Assembly: GCA_016618385.1 (NCBI GenBank)
Contig: JABFOP010000357.1
Location: 287,545-351,544, forward strand
Length of the DNA: 64,000 bases
Direction of reading: 5' to 3'
From: Nymphon striatum
Taxonomy: Eukaryota
Shown: positions 52,262 through 64,000 of the stretch, piece after piece
Layout of the letters: the number at the start of each line of letters is the position of its first letter
How positions within the stretch are numbered: position 1 is the first letter of the stretch
Translations under genes and position numbers: made by a program
The notes under the pieces: generated by a model
Told to the model about the DNA's origin: nothing
What the model saw: the letters and a program-made list of their open reading frames with translations, nothing else
Database searches by the model: none

Positions 52262-54197
52262 TTACGTAAGATCTATTTTTAGATCTTGGCTAAGGTGCTA
52301 TTCCGATCATTTTGATATATAGTTTTATACACTTCCTTTGATAAATATTCTTGTTATAACCGTTACAATTTACTACATGCAAAAAAGTCACAATTTTGAC
52401 ACTGTTTATCATTGAAAATTTGAGGTAATTTAATTGCTGAAAAAAATTCATAAATTTGGTTGTAATCAACGTAGAGCCAAAAAGTAGGTATTTTGGAAAC
52501 TATAATTACAGCTGTATACATCGAACTTACTATTTTGGATGAAAGTACAATTTGAAATTTTAGCGAGCAGCGGTACGCATCCTTTTAAAATTGTGTGTAC
52601 GCCGAAAATCAATATATCGGACTTACACAACTATATGAAATCGTATGTATGCCGAAAATAATCCGCACCCAGATTCTGAGACCTCCATCCTAACCTACCG
52701 CACGCCTAGATTAGGTATATCACTAAAAATATGAAAGTTGTCCAAATATAGTTTAAATAGGCTCATCTGATAGATCTTAGCAACCAAAAATAAGGGATTT
52801 AAAATTTTAAAAATTATCTGAAGGTAATTTATTTCATTTTAAAGTGCGACTTATACGCTCCTGATTACGGTATCGCTCATCTAAGTTTTTTCCGGGTAAA
52901 CAACAGTTCTGATGGGTAAAAAATCTTTCTGGATGTTGTTGCGGTGGACAATCCGCAGTAGCTTTTGGGGGTTAGTTCTAGGGTCATAAAAGTGTGGATT
53001 GTACGTGGGGGTTTACGGTAATTATAATAAAGATCAAGAGAAAAAAATAGATCTGATTTGGTCAATTTCTTGATTTTAAAAATAGTTGTGTGGTACCCAT
53101 TCACTGAATTATTTAAAATTAGGGATTATACATAACCACACAAAATCCGGGTGTAACAGCAAGTGTCGTATCCGTATCCTCTGCCATTTAGCAATGGCCG
53201 ACCATAAATCTTGCATGATTTACATCAATTTAAAAAGTATGCTTTAGCATTCTTAGAATGTTATGCATACTTGATAATTTCTTGTCAAAATTTAGAACAC
53301 ACGATTTAAACGATTGATCAATCAAATTTCATTCTCGCTTGCCGATTTAAATTAAATGTGTTCATTTGACTAAATTAGGAAGGAATTGCTGTTCAATCTC
53401 AGTCGGCAGTTTCAAAAAACATTAAAAAAAATCTCAAAATGCTGAACTACGAGGAATACAATTTGAAATGTATGTGGAGAATAAGAAAATCGATTTTAAC
53501 ATTTATTAGGTATACCACACAGATACGAATTCACCGAGAACAAAGGGAGAGAGAGCGCGAGCAATGAGAATGAAGGTAATGGTGCTGGTACTGATGAAAA
53601 ATTATCCTCATCACCCATTTTGCATGTTTAATACAAAACTATGAAGAAAGTGTCACTAAAATTATAAAATATTGCTTCATTCATAAATATAGATCTAAAA
53701 TCTAACCTGTAATAGGAATGATGAATAACAATCGAGGTGGATGATAAGAAATTTTGAAGGATTGCGAGCAACCGGCAACACCGAGGAGAGCGGGAAGAGT
53801 AATTCGCCACTGGTTTGGCTGAGGCGGTTTAAACTGGAAATCGCGGGTGTGAGTTCGGTATTTTCCGGAAAATACATTTTAAACTTTAGAAATAGTTTGT
53901 CAAGCAGAGTTTATTAACCATTATTTTTATCATATAATCATACATTCTGACATGGATTTAAATAGGTTTAATGTATCTTTTATATTTAAATAATGAGAAT
54001 TAATTTTTTTTTTAATTGTCGTGCGTCACATCCGTCTTACGGGGCGTTTTCCGGACTTGCGTACTATATAGCTGTCACCGAACGGCTGGAAGACTTGTAT
54101 TGATTTTTTCATGAGTTCAGGTTTTTTCTGTCTGAGTGTTCAAAATTCCGATTGATATGTTTCATTAGTATTTAGAAAACTCTAAACATCAGCAAGT

Positions 54198-54230
54198 ATG
54201 ACGAGGGATAGGCTCCAAGCTCTTAAAAGT
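54198..54230 (+). CDS. STX1A: Syntaxin-1-type t-SNARE coding exon 1.
   Basis: ATG ACG AGG GAT AGG CTC CAA GCT CTT AAA AGT|gtaagt translates to MTRDRLQALKS. Compare Drosophila/Aplysia syntaxin-1 MTKDRLAALKA. A TATA-like tatatag lies about 120 nt upstream. Confidence 0.8.
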
Positions 54231-54364
54231 GTAAGTATAGAATTTGTATGTGTTTTTTTAAATCAAACATGGCTTCAATACGGCGAATTTCCGTCGACAC
54301 CAAGCCAACAACATTTCACATGATAAAGTCTTGTTATTAATTTAAAACATGTCTTAATATTTAG

Positions 54365-54451
54365 GCTCAAAGTGAAGATGACGATGTGGGGCCCGAATCG
54401 GTTACCGTTAATATGGATGGATCGGTATTCATGGAAGCCTTTTTTGCTGAG
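54365..54451 (+). CDS. STX1A: Syntaxin-1 exon 2 (acidic N-terminal segment).
   Basis: The atatttag acceptor is followed by AQSEDDDVGPESVTVNMDGSVFMEAFFAE|gtaagc. Compare Syx1A [28 protein letters not shown]. Confidence 0.85.
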
Positions 54452-55037
54452 GTAAGCCTTAAAGTTTATAACTTAAAACTGAAGAATGAGGCATGGCTGA
54501 AGCCATGGATTACTGACAACATTTAAGTAATTTGTTTTACTTTTGTAAATTATTCTCCTTCACTCAGTTTTGTTTGTATGGTTTAAATTGATTCTATTGT
54601 TTCTACATTAAACTTATAATTTGTGATCACACCTGTTTTTCACACCGTGAATGAGAGATCTTTCTTTCAGTTCATTTAAAAATGGGTTGTAAATGTGAAG
54701 CTTCAAGTTGGTAAGAAAATCAATATGAAGCAATGCCATGTGTATTATAGTTTTATTATCAAACAAATATATTTCATTTCCCGTTAGATTTATCAGTAAT
54801 GAAACAATATACAGTTCTGTGAAATAACTTCATTCAATATAATTTGGTGTATTGATTACCTATCCTAACCTAAGTGACAAAATTTGCCATTTTAAATGTT
54901 CAAAATTTTGGTTGATAAGTCACAATAAGTTGTGAAAGGAATGAAAATTCATACCAACGGCAAAGCAAGGGTAATAAAGAACTGCCATCTGATCTGAATG
55001 TAGAGGAAAATACATTTTTTTTTTACTGTTATTATTT

Positions 55038-55750
55038 GGTAGTGGATATTTCGCCGGTTACAGGCCACATTTCGTTTGGATATGTTTTACCGGTATGTCA
55101 ACCGTGATTGGGTAATTTTCCATGACGTAATCGTGACGGTGAAAATGTGTCCCGTTCGAGCGAGGTACAAAAATTCAACGTCAGCACATCACAACACATT
55201 TTACTCATAATTACACAAAATAAGAACCGAAATCAAATATAATGTTTACTTTAATACTGTACTAACCTCTGTGAATGATAATTTTTTAATTTATGTTCCT
55301 AATAACGGCCTCAAATTCGCCAAGAAATATCATTCTCCCTTTCGTGACCGGCAGCCGGTTCATCTTTAACGTTAAATTTTCGACCTCGAAATTAACGATT
55401 GTTCGATTACAATAAATAGGCATTATAAATAGTTTCGATTAGCCTAGATCGGACAGGACAAGTATACATCAGCCTAGTCGGAATATTGATATTTTGCTAG
55501 TTGGTTAGGTTCCGAAGGAACCTAACCACAACATACACTGTACTAGATTAGAAGTATAATTTCCAAATTCAATTGTACACGATATCCTACACAATTATTA
55601 AGGTTTTATTATTTATTATAATTATTATATAGTTAGGTTAGGTTTTATTATAATTATACTAAAATTAAACTAATATTAGCCAATCAAAGATCATGTCCGG
55701 TAAAACATCTCCAACGAAATGTGGCCGGTACCGGCAAAATATCACCTGCC
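55038..55750. mobile_element. MITE family C (about 710 bp). TIRs of about 40 bp, GGCAGGTGATATTTTGCCGGTACCGGCCACATTTCG. It is flanked by TTATTATTT on both sides, a possible 8-9-bp TSD (hAT/Mutator-like).
   Basis: The left end ggtagtggatatttcgccggttacaggccacatttcg is the inverted complement of the right end cgaaatgtggccggtaccggcaaaatatcacctgcc. Other copies or fragments lie at 18940-19210, 22820-23000 and 61890-61945 (solo TIR). The internal module is shared with 6140-6250, 6960-7020 and 32960-33010. Confidence 0.6.
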
Positions 55751-55830
55751 TTATTATTTTCAAATTATATAATGTGAAATTGTTCCTACCAAATATTTTT
55801 AGTTTAATTCATTGTCTTCAACTTATTTAT

Positions 55831-57615
55831 ATTGACTATTCATATAGACCCCTTTCAATGTTATTGTTTACATATGATGTGCGCGCAACTGACAGGCAAA
55901 ACACGTTTCTCTTATGCGATATACAGTACTCAATGTGTTACCACTGTCAGCTGAGAAGAAATTAATATATATTTATGAACCTCAACAACGAAGAAATCTT
56001 AATTTTATCTATTTGAAATGCCGGACAGTTGCTGCGCAGTTGGATGTGCAAATAGGCGAGAAGGAAATAATAAGACCTTATCATTTTACAATATTACATA
56101 ACGCAACCTGGATGCCGAACTTATGCCAGTCCCGCTTGATCAAACATACATAGAATACATTCTGACAAATTAGGATTTTACTATCCTTTGGTAGTCAGAT
56201 CTGTGAATTAAAAAATATTACTAAAATTCAATTTTTAAAGTTCGATACTTTCTTTAAATTCGTATTTTTGCGGTTGGTTTTTCCAAGCACATATGAGTAT
56301 TGGTGAAAAGGTGACTCACAAGGGGTGAAACCTCGATGTGAAGATTGCTAAACTGAAAAATGTTTACAAATTAATCTAATCTAATCTAATAATTTGCAAT
56401 GCAGCCATGTTCAAGAATCATGTTTTTTTTACTGCATTTAATGAAGTTAATTTTTGAAAGTGTTTGGAAACTTTTTCTTGTTGAGAAGAGGGTTTTGGTA
56501 GACTGGAAAAGCAGCAGATAATGATTGACGGAGCAGCTTGAGCTGGACACCGCTGCTAAGCATGGGTGTTCGCTACTTGAGTTTGCCGTGGTTGTTAGTA
56601 GATACTCCGGGGCAGAATTTTGTACCTTGCGTCAAAATACCCCGGAAAATTTTCCGGAAAATCTCTTTTCCGCCTGATTTGGAAAAAAATTATTTTCATA
56701 TTCTTGCAGAGGATTAAACTCTTCACCTATATAATTCATGGAAAACATCTAAATATGAGTGGAGGGTTTTTTTCTCCTCAACAAGAAAAAGTTTCAAAAC
56801 ACTTTCAAAAATTAACTTCATTAAATGCAGTGAAAAAAAACATGATTCTTGAACATGGTTTCATTGCAAGTTATTAGATTAGATTAGATTAATTTGTAAA
56901 AAAAGTTTTTCAGTTTAGCAATTGAGTCATCTTTTCATCAATGCTCATACGTGTTTGGAAAAATATGTTTTAATTCACAGAGCTGACCAACAAAGGATTG
57001 TGAAATCCTAATTTGTCGGAATGTACTAGAAGGAGGTACCCGTCCCTGACGGGTTAGTCCGATCAGTAGGGAAGAGTATCAGCCAAAATATATAGTGGAT
57101 ATGATCCCGTCTCGATCGGATGAAATTGAGAAATTGACGTTACTCGGTGACCTTTGGATTTGACCTTGGCCCCTATGTCCGTTCCCGTGACCTAAGGATT
57201 ATTCATGCCAAGTTTCATCTCATTCCATCCAGCGGTTTGGCCGCCTATAAAGGACAAACAAACACACACACACAGTCTATCTTTTTAGTATACTAGATTC
57301 TCTGTATGTTTGATCGAGCGAGACTGGCATAAGTCCAGCATCCAGGTTGGGTTATGTAATATTGTAAAGTGATAAGGTCTTATTATTTCCTTCTCGTCTA
57401 TTTGCACATCCAACTGCGCAGCAATTGTCCGGCATTTCGAATTGATAAAATTAAGATTTCTCCGTTGTTGAGATTCATAAATATATATTAATTTCTTCTC
57501 AGCTGACAGTGGTAATGCATTGAGTATAGCATGTAAGAGAAGTGCTTTGCCTGTCAGTTGCGCGTGCATCATATGTAACCAATAACATTGAAAGGGGTCT
57601 ATTGACTATTCATAT
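55831..57615. mobile_element. Composite element of about 1.76 kb, with 320-bp terminal inverted repeats (55845-56165 and 57280-57601). It is bounded by a 15-bp direct repeat ATTGACTATTCATAT and carries an internal foldback at 56283-56965.
   Basis: The left junction reads attgactattcatat|agacccctttcaatg. The right junction reads cattgaaaggggtct|attgactattcatat. The two arms are about 90% identical. The ORFs 55914-56153(+) and 57285-57572(-) are the same arm sequence read inward. Confidence 0.55.
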
Positions 57616-58289
57616 TAATTTTATATGGAAACGTTTTGTTTTTCTGTTATAAGTGTAATTTATTTAATTTCAAATAGAAAAATTATCATAAATTGCAGAA
57701 AATAGTGACCACAATAAATGTGCATTGAATTTTCTTCTTCTGTCTTGCTAGTTAACGTAAATATAAGTATTAAGTTAGTTGAATAATATTGAAACCTTCA
57801 GTTCTTTTCATTTAGTTACTTCTTATTGGTTTTGATTTAATATATATTTAATATATATACTTGTCTGATAATTGTATTGTGAAGAATTAACATCATTTTA
57901 ATTTTGATCAACATTTAGATTCACCTAGAAAGGATTATTGACCTTTAACTATTGTTGTTGGTATCATATAGATAATTTAACCCTTTCTTCTCAAAAGGAA
58001 TTCAATCAGTCAACTAGAATGTATCCTTTTATTTTTTTCCTCCATTGTCACCAGGTGTGTGGATACTATTCATGATAATAGTACAGGAGCACCAGGAAGT
58101 GTCGAGTTATTGACATAGACTACCTGTCTCCCTTTAGAATATCCTGGACAGGCCCCTAATTTTGAATCTTGCGAAAGAAAATAACGAAAGTTATTTGTAT
58201 TTGATGAAAGTAGAAGGAGAAAATGGATTTAAATTTGTATTAAATATAAGTAAAGCCGCGTACAAAATTCATTACAGAATGAAAAGATA

Positions 58290-59150
58290 TGTCTTGTAAA
58301 AATTATGTTATATATATAAATAGATTTATCGCACAACCTTGACTTTATTGCATGCTTTAGAGTTCTTATATTTCCTGTATAAGGACACGTCCCTATATTG
58401 GTGCTTGATTACAGACAGAGGTAGTCTGAGATTGTGAATGTTGCTTACCACAAATTTATTTTTCCTTTGTTATATTACAAACACGCCGTTTACTGAACAA
58501 GTCTGTTCTCGAGTTTCAATTATTTTCAGTTGCGTCATTTCTATTTTGTTGAATTGAAGAAATCGGATATTATCAGAAGACATCACCGACTTTTGTCAGT
58601 TATGTCTCGAGAAGATAAAGAGAAGAGTCGATTTCTTCCTGTGGAAGAAATAGAAAGAGGAATAGAGAAATAGAGAAATTGAAAGAGGAAAGAGGAATAT
58701 TTTTCATAAGTTTCGAAATGTTAAATATTTTTCATAACTTTCTATAATGTATAGCCAACCTATATATTTTTAAAAAATAAAGTTATTATCTGCAAAAATG
58801 AGCTATTTTTTGTCTTTTATGAATTTATTTACCAGCTGTTTTAGACCAAATTCTTTATTTTGTGACGTATTCTCTCCCAACACCCATATTGAATTTCTTT
58901 CGCTTCCAACTTCCAACTTCGTCTGTATCGGATTTCGATAAAGTGTTGAAACTTTTTCCCCTCCTGTTCTCACCCTCTCAACAATTAATTCTTTTTTTTT
59001 TAGCTTGACTGGCACAAAATGAATCAATTATAAAATCTATTTTAATTAATAAATTCATTTTCGAAGCTACCTGTTGGTTGTGCGATAAACAGAATATAAA
59101 ATTTGTGCTCGTTGCTCATTCTATATCCTCTATATATGTATATAACATCC
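58290..59150 (-). repeat. Repeat family B copy in reverse orientation, with an extra internal segment.
   Basis: This is the reverse complement of 7741-8475. It starts tttatcgcacaaccttgactttattgcatg and ends ...cattctatatcctctatata. Confidence 0.6.
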
Positions 59151-59589
59151 ATATAGTTCTCTTAATCATACGATTGCAGACCTACAATCTTTGATTGTCT
59201 GTATAAACACGCTATTTGTGCTCTAAAATTGCATAAATCCAGAAGTGTTAAGCCATTGACGTAACTACCTTGTCTCCTTTCTGAATATTTTTATTTCAAT
59301 TTATTAATCTGATATTACTTTGGAAATTATTTCAATGGATTTAATAAAATTCATTTTGTTTTCAATTAACAACCGTAAGTCTCATTGAAATTTCATTAAA
59401 AAAAAAAATTTTCTATTTATATTCTACTATATTAGAAAATTCATATACTCAAAGCCACCTGCAATTTTTACTTCAATGTTGTTGTTCTTTCTTATCCATA
59501 TTAATGCAGACTCCTGGCTATTGTTTAGATCAGGATTTTCAAACTGCACATCCAAACTCATAAATGAGTTGCAGCAAACAAAAACAGAA

Positions 59590-60065
59590 AAATGCACTAA
59601 AAATTCAGACTTGAAATCGATCAAAACTTTCCACCCAATCCCTGTAAAACTTAGCTATATCATCCACCCACCTTCTCTTTGGTTTTCCCCGTTTTCTTCC
59701 TCCCCTATCTGTTATCGAAATTGTGGATTTAGTGGTCCATCTATCGTCTGTTCTACGGGTCAAGTGTCCGGCCCAGTTCTACTTGCTACTCTTCACTGTC
59801 TGGATCAAATCTTTACACCCTGTGTGTGTCCTCACCCAACTGTTAGTCTTTCTATCCAGCTCACACCTAGGATCTATCTTTTCACACTGTGTCTCGCCAA
59901 TTTTCTCAACAGGGTATCTGTAATTGCCCAGGTCTCTGACCCATACATTAGTACAGGCAGGATACATTTGTCACCTTCCGCTTTAAGCAGAGAGATAGCT
60001 TGCTGCGCCAAACATTGTTCAGGCGACCAAAAGTTTGCTAACCTAGGCCAAAATGTCAGCAAGCT
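59590..60065 (-). mobile_element. Degenerate LINE 3' fragment (RT thumb region plus C-terminal tail). It is a second copy of the family seen at 28290-28625.
   Basis: Minus-strand frames read ...CILPVLMYGSETWAITDTLLRKLARHSVKR, then ...THTGCKDLIQTVKSSK, then WAGHLTRRTDDRWTTKST..DRGGRKRGKPKRRWVDDIAKFYRDWVE. Stops and frameshifts are present. Confidence 0.6.
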
Positions 60066-61740
60066 TTTTTAACCGAATTGTAATTTAATTAGAATATTGG
60101 AAGTATGTTTAGGGAACTGAATAGTAAATTGAATCAAGTTGAACTACATAGTCTTAGATCCCTAAATTAAACAGCTATATAAAATAATTGACTATTACTA
60201 TTACATTTTGCTACTAATTGCATGTGTAAACTAGGATCTTCCACATTAACTCAATTAAAAATGAAGTATATGAACAGGCTAGACTCTGCACCCCATATGC
60301 AATTGGGTACGACCCAATTGAAATCAGTACTTTTGAACAAACTAACATATCCATCTCATTAAATGAAAACTTCTGTTTACTGTGTTTTTTTACTAAAATT
60401 TTATGCCAGATGTTTCTCTCTTTCTGTTTTTATTTTTATTTTTTTAGTTTAATTGTAATGATTCTATATTTCTGACCATGCCGCGAATGTGGCAATAAAT
60501 ATTTTCAAGCTTCAGAAGGCACTGAATTACGCTGTGAGATAAAAAAAAAAAACCTGTGTAATTTTTTCCTATGATGCCCGCAGCGCTTTCAATAGTGTCA
60601 GTAAGCAGTGCCGGATTAACCAAGTGCGGGGCCTGTAGCAGATTGATTTTATGTACAGATAATGACCGGGAAGTAATTGAATATTTTATAGATTTAATCT
60701 ACATTCTACAACAACAAAAGTCTAACGTAATGTTTTATTTGCAAGGAGAAATATAAAACTGCAACAATATCATTCAAAGGGCTTTTCGACGCATTTTGAT
60801 CTCTGCCAATTTGGCAATTATTTCAGATGAGTTCAGCTTCAGAACGTCATTTTCAATATTCAAAAGAGTTAAATAGTGTAGCCGCTCTTGCCCTACCGGG
60901 CCATCCTTTAAAAAATGTTTGTTTAGGGTAACATGACCAGTTTGAAAAATGTGGGTCGGTCGGTTTTTTTTTTTTTTTTTTTTTTATTTCCTCCTCTAAT
61001 CAGATAATGGCCTATGAAACACACAACAAAGACTAACATAAATTTTTTTTGCTACAGTTGGAAATAAAATTATTTCACTCAAAAAAGCTGGAAAAAAAAT
61101 ATGAGTCTGGCCATTTTTTACGGTGGGTCGGGTTACCCTAAACAAACAACTTTTTATTATTGGCCTTGTGTTATTTTTTAATTATCGATAGTTTTTAATC
61201 AACTTCAATTTTGTATCAGTTTTCCTCCAACTGACCATAATGAAGGGCCCTATCTGCTATGTCATATGAGACGATTTAAAATAAAAAAAATTTTGCTCAC
61301 CACGCCTTTGTGAAGACGGGGCCCATAGCAGCTGCTACATCTGCGACTACGTTAGTCTGGCCCTGTCAGTAAGGCACACAGGACACAAACTCTGACAAAT
61401 CTTCCCCTTCCAGAGCAGCTCAAATTGTCTTTAATGAATCTCTTCAAAAATAGTAATGTGATAATTGTGCACAAGTCTCAGGTAACACCTGTTATTATTA
61501 TTAAGTAAAAGTTGGACATATAACCTAACCGTTTCAAGTCTGAATAAGGAAAATGCGCATATTGCATGCATGCAGGAGCATATTTTTATTATAACATCTT
61601 ATTGTTATTTACATTAAATTTTTACTCAAGCTCCAATGTTTATTATGTTTATTTATAGCATTTCTTGTGCAAAATGGGATATGAATTTTTTTTTTTTTTT
61701 TCTCCTCTATTTGTGTCTCTTCCATCATGACATGGCTTAA

Positions 61741-62022
61741 GCAGGGTTTCCACTGGACCTTATATTTTGTTGGCCACAATTATCCCAAATATTTGTTACA
61801 CGTTTGGGAGGGGGTATCCTCCTCTCGACCTCAAATTTTTTTTGATTAGCTGTATTGATATACACTATTTTAAGCATATCTAGCACTTTTATGATGTCGA
61901 AATGTGGCCGGTACCGGCAAAATATCTCCTGCCTATAAAAACGACTGTTTACGGCAAATCATTTTTCCGCCATTTTTTTTTTTTATTTTTTTGCCATTGG
62001 CGAATGACAGCGGAAACCCTGC
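61741..62022. mobile_element. Short family-D MITE. It sits about 140 bp upstream of syntaxin exon 3.
   Basis: The TIRs gcagggtttccactg and cagcggaaaccctgc are inverted. The element contains a family-C solo TIR (61895-61945). Confidence 0.55.
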
Positions 62023-62165
62023 TTAAGTATTACCATAAATATAAAAGCCATGTATTTATTTTATCATTTTGGGTTATTCACTTCTGGAAAAAGTATTCTT
62101 CTTTTAATTTATAGACATATTACCTTCATACTACTGTCTAATAGTAATATGCTAATAAATTTCAG

Positions 62166-62265
62166 GTGGAAGAAATCAGAAATAACATAGAAAAAATCCA
62201 AGCAAATGTGGAAGAAGTCAAAAAGAAACATAGTGCCATCTTGTCTGCTCCACAGTCTGATGAAA
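62166..62265 (+). CDS. STX1A: Syntaxin-1 exon 3 (Habc domain, helix a).
   Basis: The aatttcag acceptor is followed by [33 protein letters not shown](K)|gtaggt. Compare STX1A [33 protein letters not shown]. Confidence 0.92.
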
Positions 62266-63919
62266 GTAGGTGTTTGTTATGACTATAATATGATGTTATA
62301 TACATTTTTTTTTTTTTTTTTTTGTGTTTAATTGAATCCATTGATATGTCGAGCTAGATTTAATCAATGCTTTATGAAAATCAAATAGAAAATAGACCTT
62401 GCATGCATTAAATTTTTGAATAGCCACTTCTTTTTTCCCTGGCAGAATTCATTTTCCCTTTGCCTGTGCAGACAAAAATAGTCAAGATGCCCAAAGCAGA
62501 CATTTGGTATCATGATGGATATTTTATTTTTATCTCGTATAATTTATGTAAAATATCTTCTTCTTTCAATGTTTTGGCCGATAAATTATTTAGGTATGGG
62601 CAGCTATGAGAAAGGTTGTTTTTATATGGAGAATGTAATTCCTCTGGATATTAAACAAAGCTATTTATTTAATTGATTTATTTAATTTAAAAGAACCACA
62701 AAGTGGAATAAAAATACACACATCGTACATTTATAAATAAGTAGCAAGATAATATGACTAAAAATGTGTTAATGTTAGTAAAAAAAATGTTAGTAAAATT
62801 CAAAATTCAATTATTTTTTAGATAAAATATTATTATAAAGTTTAATTGCCTGTGGAATAAAAGAGTGTTTATGTCTGTTGGTTTTAAAGGTGGTAAGAGT
62901 AATCTACTAATACCTCGACGGGGACGTTGTTGCTCCAGGCACTTATTAAGAGGATGATTTTTATCCTCCAGTATAATTGCTAGTTTAGATTTTATTCCTG
63001 AGCCGTATATGGTATTCATACATACTTCGGGTGAACCTATTAGACGGCTGTCCCTTTTTGGTCACTCGGAGCAATTTGTATTTAATTTTTTCACTGATGT
63101 TCCCATACCAGCTGACCAGGCAGTATCGCCAGACTGAGCACAGACTGAATTAAAAAATATCTTTAGAATTTGTTGCCGGACATCAAACTTTTTTCATTTT
63201 GTAGAGACAGTAGAGCAGTAGTTGTATCAAGGCTATTCTAGAAGTTCACTGGTCCAAGATCATCAAAGCATGAATTTTTCTGTCCTAGGAACTCATTCTA
63301 AATTCATTCTAAAATTGAGTCTGAAAAATGCAAATATTGTCATTTATTGTGAACCCATAATTTACAAATTTTTGCAAGGATAAAATTCTATAATTGGAAG
63401 TAATGAAACATCCTCTGGAGAATCCAACTATTCCACTGATTTGATAATTACATGTAATAAAACTCTATCGTATGTGCAATTTACTATTAGTGCCGTGAGA
63501 TAATCAGGGGTGAAAGTTGTCTGTCAGATGACGGAATTCCGTAACAGAAAATATTTTCTGGGTCGTTCCTGAGTTTAGCGCAAATTTGTTGAAAAAAAAA
63601 TTGTATTTATGAAATAAAGGGCAAGAGTGTTAAAAAAATTTCCCAGTCCCCTCCCCGCGCTTCAGCAGCTGTACAGCTTCAAATTTCAGTACCAGAAAAA
63701 TTAACAACTTTCACCCATGGATAATTGAAAGCTATGCAAAATTAGAATTTTCCTGAAGAAATTATTAAAATTTACTGATATCGTGATGTACTCCTATAAA
63801 TGGCTGCAACCCTAGGTCTAGACACTTAAGAACCCAAAATATATGGTATTGCCCTTGAAGTCTACTTTATTTTATCATGGAACAATGTATCTTATTATTA
63901 CTCTTATTTTCATTTACAG

Positions 63920-63994
63920 AGGTCAAGCAAGAATTGGAAGATCATATGGCAGATATTAAAAAAACTGCAAACAAAGTACGGGCAAAATTAAAAT
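63920..63994 (+). CDS. STX1A: Syntaxin-1 exon 4. The gene continues beyond the window end.
   Basis: The catttacag acceptor is followed by (K)[24 protein letters not shown]|gtaagt. Compare STX1A [25 protein letters not shown]. Confidence 0.92.
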
Positions 63995-64000
63995 GTAAGT

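Noticed and set aside
55914-57572. Paired ORFs 55914-56153(+) and 57285-57572(-) encoding near-identical 79/95-aa peptides
   Set aside because: They are the same 320-bp terminal inverted repeat read inward from each end. There is no protein similarity, so they are most likely non-coding TIR sequence.
59476-60072. 198-aa plus-strand ORF, the longest in the track
   Set aside because: It lies antisense to a degenerate LINE fragment and within repeat sequence shared with 41950-42070. It has low complexity, no recognisable domain and no splice context.

Overview
This window is eukaryotic (metazoan) nuclear DNA. It is AT-rich (about two thirds A+T), has GT-AG introns, poly(A/T) tracts and a very high density of small TIR transposons, MITEs, foldback elements and LINE 3' fragments. 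No prokaryotic-type system such as CRISPR, an operon or a defence island is present. By manual translation and splice-site reading I can support six protein-coding genes. (1) An SRSF1/SRSF9-type SR splicing factor (minus strand, 3 coding exons, 15659-21852). (2) Dynein light chain LC8 (DYNLL) with an uninterrupted 89-codon CDS (plus, 25966-26235). (3) COQ5 ubiquinone C-methyltransferase (minus, at least 6 exons, 29097-32057). (4) RPA-interacting protein RPAIN (plus, 6 exons, 34634-39369). (5) RAN GTPase (minus, 6 exons, 42488-49407). (6) A syntaxin-1-type t-SNARE (plus, first 4 coding exons, 54198 to beyond the window end). COQ5, DYNLL, SRSF, RAN and STX together recall the human 12q24.31-q24.33 neighbourhood (COQ5, DYNLL1, SRSF9, RAN, STX2), suggesting an ancient conserved microsynteny block. 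Intergenic and intronic space is dominated by non-autonomous DNA transposons. These include several TA-TSD (Tc1/mariner-type) MITE families, a TTA-TSD (PIF/Harbinger-like) MITE carrying a nested TTAA-TSD piggyBac-like element, an hAT-like MITE, and a degenerate Tc1-like transposase remnant. There are also 5'-truncated LINE fragments and many hairpin/foldback structures. Taxon guess: marine invertebrate, possibly a mollusc (low confidence). All coordinates were derived by hand and may be off by a base or two.
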